From contig CAYYLM010000002.1 in assembly GCA_964472625.1 (NCBI GenBank), positions 9,366 through 73,365 of the forward strand: a stretch of 64,000 bases of DNA, given 5' to 3'. The stretch comes from an uncultured Dehalococcoidales bacterium. GTDB taxonomy: Bacteria > Chloroflexota > Dehalococcoidia > Dehalococcoidales > UBA5760. A model generated the notes under the pieces. That model searched no databases. It was not told the origin of the DNA and worked only from the letters and a program-made list of their open reading frames with translations. This document shows, one piece after another, positions 9,462 through 19,111 of the stretch. The first letter of the stretch is position 1. Each line of letters opens with the position of its first letter. A program made the position numbers and the translations under genes.

Positions 9462-10605
9462 GACGGTGTATCTCCTCGTTGTAGACGTGCTCTGTCTGGT
9501 CTACGACAGCATCCCAGGTATAGCCGTCCTTCACGAGCTCCCGTCCCCGGCGCCCCATCTCCTGAGCCAGGGAGCGGTCATCTAGCAGCCTGACGATAGC
9601 CTGGGCCAGCGCCGTGCTGCTACCAACCGGAACCAGGAAGCCATGGACGCCGTCCTTCACCAGCTCGGGGGTGCCGCCAACGGGAGTCGCCACCACGGGT
9701 ATAGCCGATGCCATCGCCTCCAGCACCACTAGGGGCATACCCTCTAATGATGATGGTCTTACCAAGAGAGCTGCCTCACGCATCAACTGGGGTACATCTT
9801 TCCGTATTCCTAGGAACTGGACTGCACCCCTAAGCCCCAGCTTATGGGCCTGCCCTTGAAGTCGAGTTCGAAGGGGGCCGTCACCCACCACTACGAACTG
9901 CGCCTTCGGGTGCTGGGCTAAGACTAGCGGTACCGCTTGAATCAGCGTTTCTGGGCCCTTGTTAGGCACCAAACGTCCTACAAAAAGAACCGTCTCTCCC
10001 CAGTTACTCTGCTCCGGTCTGGGGTGGAATAGACTAGCATCAACCCCATTGGGGATTACCGACACCGGGGTCGAGTGCCCGCCTATGTGGCGGGCGTGCT
10101 CCGCCACAGCGTTGGACACGCAGGTCACGTGGTCACTGCGCCGCACGATGTATCTTCCCACGGTTAACTCATAGGTTCGGACGAACGTCCTGAGCGCCCT
10201 ACTGCCACCTTCCAATCGCCCTAGGTGGAGGGTGGTAACCAGCGGAACGTGAAACGTCGTTCTGAGCAGAGCTGCCACTTCGGTAGTGCGGGAGAATAGA
10301 TTGTGAGCATGGATTAGGTCTGGCTGGAAACTACGGATAAGCCGAGTTAGAGCACCCAGGACTGGCACCGAGGCAGTAAACTGGACACCAAGCCACCGGG
10401 TCAGCTCCAGAGCTGGCGCTCGGTAGACTGTTAGTCCGTTGCTAGACTCGGTGGCCGGTGCGGGACAGGTTTGTAAGGTCAAGACAGTAACCTTATGGCC
10501 GCGCCGAACCAGACCGTGACATAGCTCGGCAGCCACTCGCTCCACACCACCACCAACGTGGGGTGGAAAGTAATCACACAACATCAAAATGCGTAATCCC
10601 GGCAC
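9454..10605 (-). CDS. Glycosyltransferase family 4
   Basis: FPPHVGGG-VE, IPNGVD, FVGRLVPNKG, EGMPLVVLEAMA motifs. Confidence 0.92.
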   Translation of the reverse strand: MPGLRILMLCDYFPPHVGGGVERVAAELCHGLVRRGHKVTVLTLQTCPAPATESSNGLTVYRAPALELTRWLGVQFTASVPVLGALTRLIRSFQPDLIHAHNLFSRTTEVAALLRTTFHVPLVTTLHLGRLEGGSRALRTFVRTYELTVGRYIVRRSDHVTCVSNAVAEHARHIGGHSTPVSVIPNGVDASLFHPRPEQSNWGETVLFVGRLVPNKGPETLIQAVPLVLAQHPKAQFVVVGDGPLRTRLQGQAHKLGLRGAVQFLGIRKDVPQLMREAALLVRPSSLEGMPLVVLEAMASAIPVVATPVGGTPELVKDGVHGFLVPVGSSTALAQAIVRLLDDRSLAQEMGRRGRELVKDGYTWDAVVDQTEHVYNEEIHRRG

Positions 10606-10852
10606 CTTTCCATCTCGCTCAATACAGGCTTATCGTCTCACCCGAGGGCACACAGTGATATATTACATTCTTTCTTACCTTGCGGGCAACGTCTTTCCAT
10701 CTGCTCACAACAGCGTTTATGGGGCTTTACTGTCAAAGTAGTGGCTATTTTAGGTTATTGTCTCAAATAGTGTTTTGTGCTAAGGTATTGATGAAGACCA
10801 CATTTAAGGTAAGAGTCGCCGTCTCGCGCCCTCAGCCAGACGAATTTTAGTT

Positions 10853-11560
10853 GTGAAACAGGAGAAATACTGGTTGCGGCACTTAATTAGTGTCATTGTG
10901 CCCACTCTCAACGAGGCAGAGTGCATAGGGGCTCTGGTGTCAACTATACCCGTGGTAGAGTTTAGAGCTCGGGGATTTGAGACTGAGATATTGGTCGTGG
11001 ATAACGGTTCGGTAGATGGCACGGCAGAGCTGGCGAGAAACGCGGGCGCCCGGGTAGTCTCCGAACCACGGCGAGGATACGGTTTTGCCTATCTCCTAGG
11101 ATTTAAGGAGGCCAAGGGTGGCATCATCTGCACCCTTGATGCCGACGGCACCTATCCTGCGGCTGCCCTGCCTGAGATGGTCGACAGGCTGTTAGGGGAG
11201 GATCTGGACTTTGTCAATGCCGACCGTTTCTCGTTTATGATGAATGGCGTTATGCCTCGGACCAGACGGTTGGGTAATGCCATCCTGACGCTTACCAGTC
11301 ATGTTCTTTTCCGGCTGCCCTTCAGCGATTCACAATCAGGCATGTGGGTCTTCAGGAGGGAGTTACTCGATAAGATGCGGCTACGTGCCACCGGCATGGC
11401 TCTATCAGAAGAGATAAAAATTGAAGCTGCCTGGCGGGTAAAGGCCCGTTGCGCTGAGTTACCTATCCATTATGGTTACCGAAGCGGTGACTCAAAGCTA
11501 CGTATGTGGCGTGATGGGTTCGGTAACCTTATCTATCTGCTGCGGAAACGCCTCACCTAG
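10853..11560 (+). CDS. Glycosyltransferase family 2, polyprenol-phosphate glycosyltransferase (DPM1-like)
   Basis: VIVPTLNEA, VVDNGSVDGT, RRGYG, LDADGTYP, DSQSGM, R.GDSKL. Confidence 0.88.
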   Translation: MKQEKYWLRHLISVIVPTLNEAECIGALVSTIPVVEFRARGFETEILVVDNGSVDGTAELARNAGARVVSEPRRGYGFAYLLGFKEAKGGIICTLDADGTYPAAALPEMVDRLLGEDLDFVNADRFSFMMNGVMPRTRRLGNAILTLTSHVLFRLPFSDSQSGMWVFRRELLDKMRLRATGMALSEEIKIEAAWRVKARCAELPIHYGYRSGDSKLRMWRDGFGNLIYLLRKRLT

Positions 11561-11584
11561 CCGGATTAGTACCTTGGCTCATCT

Positions 11585-12097
11585 TCACGGATTTACTGTA
11601 GTCTCCCCAGTCTCATAATTGCCGCTAACGTAGGTCGTTACCCCTGGGGTGACGGTGACCACAGTTGGCGGTGGGGTCTGGTACCCGTCCATATCCTGGA
11701 AGGATACCGTGTAATCCCCTGCCTCCAGGTTTACCCAGAGCCCCCAGTCGTTCATCGGGTTACCATCAACGAATATCGTATTTGCCGTCGGCAGCACCGG
11801 GGACGTCTCTACCCTCAGATTACCCAACTGGATAAAAGAGACGACCACCTGGGTAGTGCCGTCGGAATTCACTACTACCGGTTGGCTTAGCGGCTGAGAT
11901 TGAGTTACCGGGTCGCCCTCCGGTGGGTAGTAGGTTACCTCAACCTCAGATGGGGTAAGGTAGCCGGTAACATCGCTTAGAGAGAGGGTATACTCCCCGG
12001 GGGGCATTTTTACCCAGTCAAGCCCCCAGTCATTTCGGGGGATACCGTCAACGGATATTGTGGTGGCAACTGCCGGTGAAGTCTCCACCCGGAGCAG
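11585..12097. repeat. Copy 1 of a 513-bp near-identical duplication (C-terminal module)
   Basis: Aligns without gaps to 13692-14204 (offset 2107); about 11 mismatches counted by eye. Confidence 0.95.
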
Positions 12098-13666
12098 CCC
12101 CGTGGGTAGATAGTCAAGCGCCATCCAGTCTATGTGAGGGCCACCGGTGGTACCAGCGGACTCAAGCCTTATGGTATTATCACCAGCATCAAGCGGGATA
12201 TCTATGCTCTGCCCCCGCCAGCACCTATCGGCGCCGGTCGGCTCGAACGAAAGGCTGTCACTGACCACAGTCTCGTTTACCATGACCTTAAGCGGCTTGT
12301 CAGCTGCACTTCCGTTGGCATACCTGATGACCAGGGTCTTGGCGGTGGCGTAAGCCGCATTTACCGTCATCTCAACGTAGCTTCCCATCTCATCGTCGAG
12401 ATTGACATACGAAGCGCCGGTAAAGCCTCTTTCTGTAGTTTCGATTGCTGCGTGGTACAGGGTTTCCTTCTCCGCCTGGTGTAACTCCCTCAGGTTACTA
12501 TACTTTGTCCTTTGCTGCTCATTGGCGAAGAGGAAGGCTCCCTGACCGTGGTTATCATTGGTTACCTGCTCTCGGTTGATATAATACGAGTAGGGGCTAC
12601 CGACATCGGTCCCCTGACAGGTGCCGTAGAGGTTGGTTTCGCCAAGGGCGTCAAGCTCTATGTTGCTCAGTATGCCTTCATAACCTTTCTTAGCGGTGGT
12701 CTCGTAGTCGGCGCTATCGATATAGCCTGCGTCGATTGCCTTGGACAGGGCGTAGGTATACATGCAGCCGCTGGACTGTTCCACCCAGTTATCGGTCAGG
12801 TCGCCTTTGTCCACGACCTGATACCACAGGCCGGTGGTGTCGTCCTGATAGTTTTTGATGCCCTCGAGGAGCTCAACCAGTATATCAATTACGGCCTGCC
12901 GGTTGGCATGGTCACTGGGAATCTTCTCCAGAACCTCGGTACAGGCAACCACGTACCAGCCCATTGCCCGGCACCAGACCTCGGGGGAAAGGTGGGTGGT
13001 CTCGTCAGCCCAGCTTGCCGAACCGTCCTCGTCCCAGGCATGGTACCCCAGTTTGATCGCCGGGTATTGCAGATGGCTATAGTATATAATCAGCTGGTTG
13101 GTGCACTCGTTATTGCAGTATTCGGTATCGCCAAACACCTCGCCGTAGTTAGCTAGGAAAATCGTCAGCATGAAAGCCCCATCCAGCCAGAGCTGATCCA
13201 CAGTCCAAGTGTTGTGAACCAAGCCCCCGTCGGTGGTGCGGGGATAGGTGTCAATCCGGTCTCTTATCTGCTGGGCGGCGGTCTGATATTTGGTCTCCCC
13301 GGTCGCTTCATAGAGGTGGCAGAGCAGTAACCCGGGCATCATGTTATCCAGTCTATCAAGAGGAATGCTACCGTCCAGCCCACTATCGCTGACAAATCTG
13401 TCTACCCAGTCCTTAATAAAGTTATAGTAAGCAGTGTCACCCGTCCGCTGGTACACCCGCCACATACCCTCTAGAAATAACCCTTGAGGATACTGCCAGC
13501 TCCCAAACGTCTCGGGGGTGTACCTTGCCATAACTGAATCGCAGAGCTCTACCGACCAGTCGGTATCTTCACCCTGAGCCACAGCCGGGCTCGTGCTGCC
13601 GAAGAATGAGGCGGCACTACCCGTCAGGAGTATCAGGATAAGTATTACACCTAAAATCCTTTTCAT
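11585..13666 (-). CDS. Secreted glycoside hydrolase family 105/88 with CBM35-like module and C-terminal PEGA-like repeats
   Basis: Signal peptide; WLDGAFM, YHAWDE and WCRAMGW GH105 motifs; QAE...GFTGASYVN...IRYANG...NTIRL...GPHIDW CBM6/35 pattern; shared C-terminal module. Confidence 0.8.
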   Translation of the reverse strand: MKRILGVILILILLTGSAASFFGSTSPAVAQGEDTDWSVELCDSVMARYTPETFGSWQYPQGLFLEGMWRVYQRTGDTAYYNFIKDWVDRFVSDSGLDGSIPLDRLDNMMPGLLLCHLYEATGETKYQTAAQQIRDRIDTYPRTTDGGLVHNTWTVDQLWLDGAFMLTIFLANYGEVFGDTEYCNNECTNQLIIYYSHLQYPAIKLGYHAWDEDGSASWADETTHLSPEVWCRAMGWYVVACTEVLEKIPSDHANRQAVIDILVELLEGIKNYQDDTTGLWYQVVDKGDLTDNWVEQSSGCMYTYALSKAIDAGYIDSADYETTAKKGYEGILSNIELDALGETNLYGTCQGTDVGSPYSYYINREQVTNDNHGQGAFLFANEQQRTKYSNLRELHQAEKETLYHAAIETTERGFTGASYVNLDDEMGSYVEMTVNAAYATAKTLVIRYANGSAADKPLKVMVNETVVSDSLSFEPTGADRCWRGQSIDIPLDAGDNTIRLESAGTTGGPHIDWMALDYLPTGLLRVETSPAVATTISVDGIPRNDWGLDWVKMPPGEYTLSLSDVTGYLTPSEVEVTYYPPEGDPVTQSQPLSQPVVVNSDGTTQVVVSFIQLGNLRVETSPVLPTANTIFVDGNPMNDWGLWVNLEAGDYTVSFQDMDGYQTPPPTVVTVTPGVTTYVSGNYETGETTVNP

Positions 13667-13691
13667 TTTTTCGCTCGGCTAAGGGGGTTAA

Positions 13692-14204
13692 TCACGGGCC
13701 TACTGTAGTCTCCCCAGTCTCATAATTGCCGCTAACGTAGGTCGTTACCCCTGAGGTAACTGTCGCCACAGTTGGTGGTGGGGTCTGGTACCCATCCATA
13801 TCCTGGAAGGATACCGTGTAATCCCCTGCCTCCAGGTTTACCCAGAGCCCCCAGTCGTTCATCGGGTTACCATCAACGAATATCGTATTTGCCGTCGGCA
13901 GCACCGGGGACGTCTCTACCCTCAGATTACCCAACTGGATAAAAGAGACGACCACCTGGGTAGTGCCGTCGGAATTCACTACTACCGGTTGGCTTAGCGG
14001 CTGAGATTGAGTTACCGGGTCGCCCTCCGGTGGGTAGTAGGTTACCTCAACCTCAGATGGGGTAAGGTAGCCGGTAACATCGCTTAGAGAGAGGGTATAC
14101 TCCCCGGGGGGCATTTTTACCCAGTCAAGCCCCCAGTCATTTCGGGGGATGCCGTCAACGGATATTGTGGTGGCAACTGCCGGTGAAGTCTCCACCCGGA
14201 GCAG
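13692..14204. repeat. Copy 2 of the 513-bp near-identical duplication
   Basis: Same as 11585-12097; both encode LLRVETSPAVATTISVDGIPRNDWGL...GETTV. Confidence 0.95.
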
Positions 14205-15512
14205 ACCAGGCGGCTCGGTGGTGAAGCTCGTATCATCTCCGTAGTTAGTGCCGTCACCAACTGCCTTAGCCCGGAAATGGTAGGTAGTATCAGGCGACAG
14301 GCTGGGCAGGCTGAAGCTAAACGGTCCGGTGGTAACCATTGACTCTGGCGTTGTTTCATTACCATAGGCGGCAGTCTCTCCCCACTCGAAGGATACGTCT
14401 ACATCTGAGGTGGTGCCGAGGTCGTCCAGATTACCATTTAGGGTGGCGGAGATGGCGGTGATGTCAGAGGCATCACTGGTAGTTACTGAAGGCATTATTG
14501 TCGCCAGTTGAATAGCGCTAACCCCAATGTGTTGATGACCCGAGTAGATCCCCCCCCAGGTCATCGTATGGGTACCGTAGTCCCAGGTATCGTGCAGATA
14601 GACGGTGTCGCCGCTAACGTCGTACCCGAAGCCGAGCATGGTATGGCCCTCGATGTGAATCAGCACCGGCCGCCCGGCGTCAATTTCAGCCGTATAATCA
14701 TCGAAGGTAAACCCCAAGTCTGGGTTAGTGCCCTGCCCCTTTATATACTGGTTGAAGTTGGTTATTACGCTGTAACCGCGTGACTCGGCAAATAGCTTCA
14801 TGCCGTGGCAGCCGTCCCGCAGTCCATAAGGCGATAAGTCAGGGTCAACCCAAGGACTGCCATCGGTATAGTAGCCAAAAATAGTGGAGCCATCTGGATT
14901 GTCAAACGTAGACTGGCTGGTCCCCATGAAATCCCCGGTGCAGCCCTCGTGGGTGTGCTCTATCCAGCCATTAACAATCCAGGGGTCGTCGGTGTCATCG
15001 AGATAGTATATCCAGTAGTCGTCGACATGCCCCCGGGTTGTTCGCCCGTCTATGCCGTCATGGGTGGCACTTAGGGGGCACTCACCATCAGAGCCCCCAA
15101 TCCCGTAACCCCAGATGGAGTTATCCAGGGGACAGACGCCACCGTTGGTGGGCCCGGTATACATGTCGCGGTAACCGGTCCGGTCGTAGTAGCCGAACAG
15201 CATCGCCGCCGAGGTAGCCGAGCACCCGTAGCTCCAGTTAAAGGCGGGTACCTCGCTGAGAGCACCAGTCGCTGTCCGAATATCGACCTCAGGGACAGTG
15301 GCTGCGGCGGCCCTGGTTTCCGGCGGTTTTCCGGGAACACTAATCACGTCTATCTGCCTTCCGTCTTCATCAACAAACGTCTCGACCAGATACGGATTCT
15401 CAGTCTCGGCCGCCACGGGGCCCGTGCTGACAAAAAACGGGGCACTGCTACCAATGAGCAATGTCGAGATAGCGATGATACCGGCGATCCATTTGAACTT
15501 TACTTTTAGCAT
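13692..15512 (-). CDS. Secreted protein: papain-like (C39/C10-like) cysteine peptidase domain, Ig/FnIII-like domain, PEGA-like repeats
   Basis: Signal peptide; WSYGCSATSAAM (Cys), GRPVLIHIEGHTMLGFGY (His), YLHDTW (Asp); VTTSDASDITAISATLNG Ig-like repeat. Confidence 0.65.
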   Translation of the reverse strand: MLKVKFKWIAGIIAISTLLIGSSAPFFVSTGPVAAETENPYLVETFVDEDGRQIDVISVPGKPPETRAAAATVPEVDIRTATGALSEVPAFNWSYGCSATSAAMLFGYYDRTGYRDMYTGPTNGGVCPLDNSIWGYGIGGSDGECPLSATHDGIDGRTTRGHVDDYWIYYLDDTDDPWIVNGWIEHTHEGCTGDFMGTSQSTFDNPDGSTIFGYYTDGSPWVDPDLSPYGLRDGCHGMKLFAESRGYSVITNFNQYIKGQGTNPDLGFTFDDYTAEIDAGRPVLIHIEGHTMLGFGYDVSGDTVYLHDTWDYGTHTMTWGGIYSGHQHIGVSAIQLATIMPSVTTSDASDITAISATLNGNLDDLGTTSDVDVSFEWGETAAYGNETTPESMVTTGPFSFSLPSLSPDTTYHFRAKAVGDGTNYGDDTSFTTEPPGLLRVETSPAVATTISVDGIPRNDWGLDWVKMPPGEYTLSLSDVTGYLTPSEVEVTYYPPEGDPVTQSQPLSQPVVVNSDGTTQVVVSFIQLGNLRVETSPVLPTANTIFVDGNPMNDWGLWVNLEAGDYTVSFQDMDGYQTPPPTVATVTSGVTTYVSGNYETGETTVGP

Positions 15513-15731
15513 GCTAACTTAATTCTTACTTCTCATTTGGGTAATTGTCAATTGTTCTAAAGTATAGCTTAATGGTGTGCCTAGAGAATATGACGGACTG
15601 TACAATCTGTGAGGCCGGTTGGTTGTGTGTGGCATCGTGTAGGCGCTATGTCACAGTCTTATGACTTGACTGTCTTGCTACGATAGCAATCTCATGGTTG
15701 ATAAGCCGGTAGAACTCATAGCCTATGTGGA

Positions 15732-16946
15732 CTATGCACGCCTGAGGTTCCGGATAATCTCCCCGAGGTTTGGTCTTTTACCATACATCAGCATATAAGT
15801 CCTCAGAAGCTTCGATGCCAGCACCAACCCACCAATAATGCACGAGACCAACACAGCCATGCTAGCGGCTAGTTGCCAGCCGGGGACGCCAGTCAGGCCA
15901 AGCCGTAATATCACCAGCACCGGCGCCGAGAAGGGGAAAATGCTGAGCACAACCCAGGCTGGGCTGTATGGGAATTCCATGATTAGCGACAGGATCCAAA
16001 AAGGCGCGATTACCCACAGGGCAAAGAACGAGGCCAAGTGCTGTGCCTCACGGACACTGCTGCTGACGGCGGCGGTACCAATTGAAAGCACGCCAAACAT
16101 GAGGTAGCCCAGAATGAAATAGACCACGGCCAGGCCGAGAAGGTTGGGCGGTATTTGTATCGCACTGATAAAGCCGCCGATGGATGACGAGGCCAGGTTC
16201 AGCAGGAGCGGGGTAACGGCCACCCAAATGGCCACCTGCATAAGGCCGGCAGTACCGATTCCTAAAACCTTGCCGGTGACGAGCTGACGGGGCGAGACCG
16301 AGGATAACAGTATCTCCATGAGGCGGTTTTCTTTCTCCGCACCAAGTCCCTGCAAGAGATAGATTGTTGAGAACATCAGAGACACCGCCAGCAGAGCGCC
16401 GAAAATACCGGGGATGACTAGGTTTGCGTATCCGCCTTGCTCCGGAGCCACGGTTCCGGTGGCAGTAAGCGTGGTGGTAACCAGGTTTAAGGGTGCTTTA
16501 ATCCTGACGGCAGTAGCCTCAGGCACCTTCTCCACCAGAAGGTTACTTGAAATGAATTCCTCAACCGCCGCCGCCGTGGCCGTGGGCGGTCTAAGCTCTC
16601 GCTGGGTAGTGTAGCGCCTGATTATCCCCGTCGCAATGAAGTCCGACGGAATGACGAAGTACTCCTTAATATCTTCCGCAACCAAGGCCTCAGTAGCGGC
16701 TTCGGGGGTATCAAAGGGGACCAGGGTGATGTTTCCCTGGGTGGTAAACTGGTCGAACCCTCCGGCTTCATCAACGTATCCGATTTTAGTTACCTCTGCC
16801 GGGGGTTTGGCGATTCCTGATACGACGCCATAGACCCCAATGCCCACGAGAATCAGCAGGGGCGGGAGAATGGTCAAGAAGATAAACCCCTTCTTCTTTA
16901 TCGTGTGCCGGAATTCGTGCTTGAAAACTAAAAGCGTCTTATTCAT
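15732..16946 (-). CDS. ABC-2 type transporter permease (NatB/YhaP-like)
   Basis: EKENRLMEILLSSVSPRQLVTGK and PFSAPVLVILR motifs; six TM helices plus an extracellular domain. Confidence 0.88.
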   Translation of the reverse strand: MNKTLLVFKHEFRHTIKKKGFIFLTILPPLLILVGIGVYGVVSGIAKPPAEVTKIGYVDEAGGFDQFTTQGNITLVPFDTPEAATEALVAEDIKEYFVIPSDFIATGIIRRYTTQRELRPPTATAAAVEEFISSNLLVEKVPEATAVRIKAPLNLVTTTLTATGTVAPEQGGYANLVIPGIFGALLAVSLMFSTIYLLQGLGAEKENRLMEILLSSVSPRQLVTGKVLGIGTAGLMQVAIWVAVTPLLLNLASSSIGGFISAIQIPPNLLGLAVVYFILGYLMFGVLSIGTAAVSSSVREAQHLASFFALWVIAPFWILSLIMEFPYSPAWVVLSIFPFSAPVLVILRLGLTGVPGWQLAASMAVLVSCIIGGLVLASKLLRTYMLMYGKRPNLGEIIRNLRRA

Positions 16947-17835
16947 GGTTCTTACTTACGACCTTCAAGAATATCTCGTTCAGTGAAGGCGTGGCTACCT
17001 CGAATCGATTAATTACTCTGCCGGTGCTAACCAATCGTTCCAGCACCTGCTTAGGCGTTGTATTTTCGTCGAGGATAAGCTCAACGTAGCCTTTATGAGT
17101 CCGCTGCTCGGTAACTCCTGGTACTGTTCCCAGGTCATCTTCAGCATCAATAATAACTGAGTTACTTCTATACTGTGCCTTGATTTCGATGAGATTTCCC
17201 TGAAGAACAGAGCGCCCGTTGTCTATCATCAGTATACGGTCGCAGAGTTCCTCCACCTGATTCATCTGGTGTGTGCTCAGAATTACGGCTTTACCCTGGT
17301 TCCTCAGGTCAACAAATATCCTTTTCAGTAGCTCAGTGTTAACCGGGTCTAGACCACCGAATGGTTCATCAAGAACAACCAGTTCCGGGTCGTGGATGAT
17401 AGTAACGATGAATTGGATGATCTGACCCATGCCCCGGCTCAACTCCTCAATCTTCTTTCCTTTATGGGGCAGCATGCCGGTCTGGTTGAGCAGTTCGTCA
17501 GCCTTTTCCTCGGCCGAGTGCCTATCCATTCCCTTGAGCGAGGCTAGGTAGATGATAGAATCGATGACCGTCAGATTCCGGTATAGCCCTCTTTCCTCAG
17601 GCAGGTAGCCAAGCTTGTTCTTACTGGCTTCGGTCAGCCTCTCACCGAGGATCGTCACCTCGCCTGAGTCTGGCTTGATTATGTCCATCATTATCCTGAT
17701 GGTGGTGGTCTTGCCGGCACCGTTAGGCCCGATTAGACCAAATATCTCGTTTTGGGCGACAGCGAAAGATAGGTCGTTAACTGCGACCTTATCGGCGTAG
17801 GACTTGACTATGTTATTGACTTCAACTACGGGCAT
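16939..17835 (-). CDS. ABC transporter ATP-binding protein
   Basis: GPNGAGKTT Walker A, LSRGM signature, LDEPFGGLDP, STH; 8-nt overlap with the permease. Confidence 0.93.
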   Translation of the reverse strand: MPVVEVNNIVKSYADKVAVNDLSFAVAQNEIFGLIGPNGAGKTTTIRIMMDIIKPDSGEVTILGERLTEASKNKLGYLPEERGLYRNLTVIDSIIYLASLKGMDRHSAEEKADELLNQTGMLPHKGKKIEELSRGMGQIIQFIVTIIHDPELVVLDEPFGGLDPVNTELLKRIFVDLRNQGKAVILSTHQMNQVEELCDRILMIDNGRSVLQGNLIEIKAQYRSNSVIIDAEDDLGTVPGVTEQRTHKGYVELILDENTTPKQVLERLVSTGRVINRFEVATPSLNEIFLKVVSKNHE

Positions 17836-17928
17836 ATTAGTAGCTCTTTTAGCTTTGTATCATAGCATGGCGGTCATCAGCAATGCCAATCACCTTGCTA
17901 CCGCACCATACTATGTCTTTCATCGAGA

Positions 17929-18567
17929 CTATACTCTCCCCTGAGCATTTTCTCCAATACCTTCAATAATTACCCTTGCTACTTCACTAGATAGAACTTC
18001 AAGTGGTACGCTGTGGAGCTTACCACTCTTCCCCTCAAACTTGTATAGCACTACCAAGCCTATCCAAACTCCCATAACAATACGTGCTGTCAAGTCGTTA
18101 TCCAGCGATTTTAGTTTTTTTTCTGAAACACCTGATTCTATACACCGGCTTGTCATTCCAAGCAGCGGTTCCATGACTCGTTCTCTATAATATTCTCTCA
18201 ACTGGGAATCTCGCTGGATCTCACTGAAAATAATCATCAAGCTGTCGACGTTGGTAAACGCGTTCTTAAGCCGGTTATGAATAATTCCAGCCAGAACCGA
18301 AACTGTGTCACCTTGTGGTGGATACTTTATTACTTCTACGAACGACTGAGCAGCTAAGTATCTTTCAGCAATGGCCATGAGCAAGTCGTGTTTGGTAGGG
18401 AAGTAATGGAAAATCGTACCCTGGGCAACACCAGCTTTCCGAGCTATCTCTAAAGTGCTTGAGTTAGCAAAACCTTTCGTAGAAAAGACAGAGAGAGCCG
18501 CGTCTAAAATCTGTTGTTTCCTTTTACTGGAAATGCTCTCACTACTTTCTCGTCTGGTAGGTGCCAT
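17929..18567 (-). CDS. TetR/AcrR family transcriptional regulator
   Basis: QILDAALSVFSTKGF...IARKAGVAQGTIFHYFPTKHDL HTH. Confidence 0.92.
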   Translation of the reverse strand: MAPTRRESSESISSKRKQQILDAALSVFSTKGFANSSTLEIARKAGVAQGTIFHYFPTKHDLLMAIAERYLAAQSFVEVIKYPPQGDTVSVLAGIIHNRLKNAFTNVDSLMIIFSEIQRDSQLREYYRERVMEPLLGMTSRCIESGVSEKKLKSLDNDLTARIVMGVWIGLVVLYKFEGKSGKLHSVPLEVLSSEVARVIIEGIGENAQGRV

Positions 18568-18588
18568 ACTTATCCCCCACTTAATACG

Positions 18589-18635
18589 TTAATTGAGCAC
18601 TCAATCAATATATTATAAAGAAATTCCCTTGTCAA
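18589..18635 (-). promoter_or_regulatory. tetR promoter with palindromic operator
   Basis: TTGACA(18635-18630)-17 bp-TATATT(18612-18607); inverted repeat TTAATTGAG-CA-CTCAATCAA at 18589-18608 overlaps the predicted start site. Confidence 0.7.
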
Positions 18636-18683
18636 GAACCTTGGGGATTATAGCGAAACTGCAAGGCCTATTCGGGGATTAGT

Positions 18684-19109
18684 CTATCGGAGGTGACCCG
18701 CCTTGGCTCTAAATGCTAGAACGGCTGGCTTGTCTTCACCATCAGGGAACTCTATACTCACTGCCATCCCGATTTTGATATCGTTTGGCCTTTGTGTATC
18801 CAGTCCGACTATCAGAGCACAGACTCGTGGTCCTTCATCTAGCTCCACAATACCGCAGCAGTAGTGTCGATTCCTGTCGTAGCCTTGAGAGATCATTGAG
18901 TTAGTCCCGACAGCTATAGTGGTGAAGCTTGTGAGCTTGCCTTCTCCTGTCAAAGATACCCACTCTAGCTCAGCGCTCCGACACTGGAAACAGACCTGGC
19001 GTGGGGGCAAATACACAGCCCCGCACCCTTTACATCTGGTTCCCCTAAGTCTCTTGTCACGAAGAGCCTGGTAAAACGAGGCGCTGGTAAACTCCATCTC
19101 AGTCACCAT
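18684..19109 (-). CDS. Zn-ribbon/OB-fold (DUF35, ChsH2-like) thiolase partner
   Basis: GTRCKGCG..PPRQVCFQC, GEGKLTSFT, VELDEGPRV; 2 nt from the thiolase stop. Confidence 0.88.
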   Translation of the reverse strand: MVTEMEFTSASFYQALRDKRLRGTRCKGCGAVYLPPRQVCFQCRSAELEWVSLTGEGKLTSFTTIAVGTNSMISQGYDRNRHYCCGIVELDEGPRVCALIVGLDTQRPNDIKIGMAVSIEFPDGEDKPAVLAFRAKAGHLR

Positions 19110-19111
19110 TA

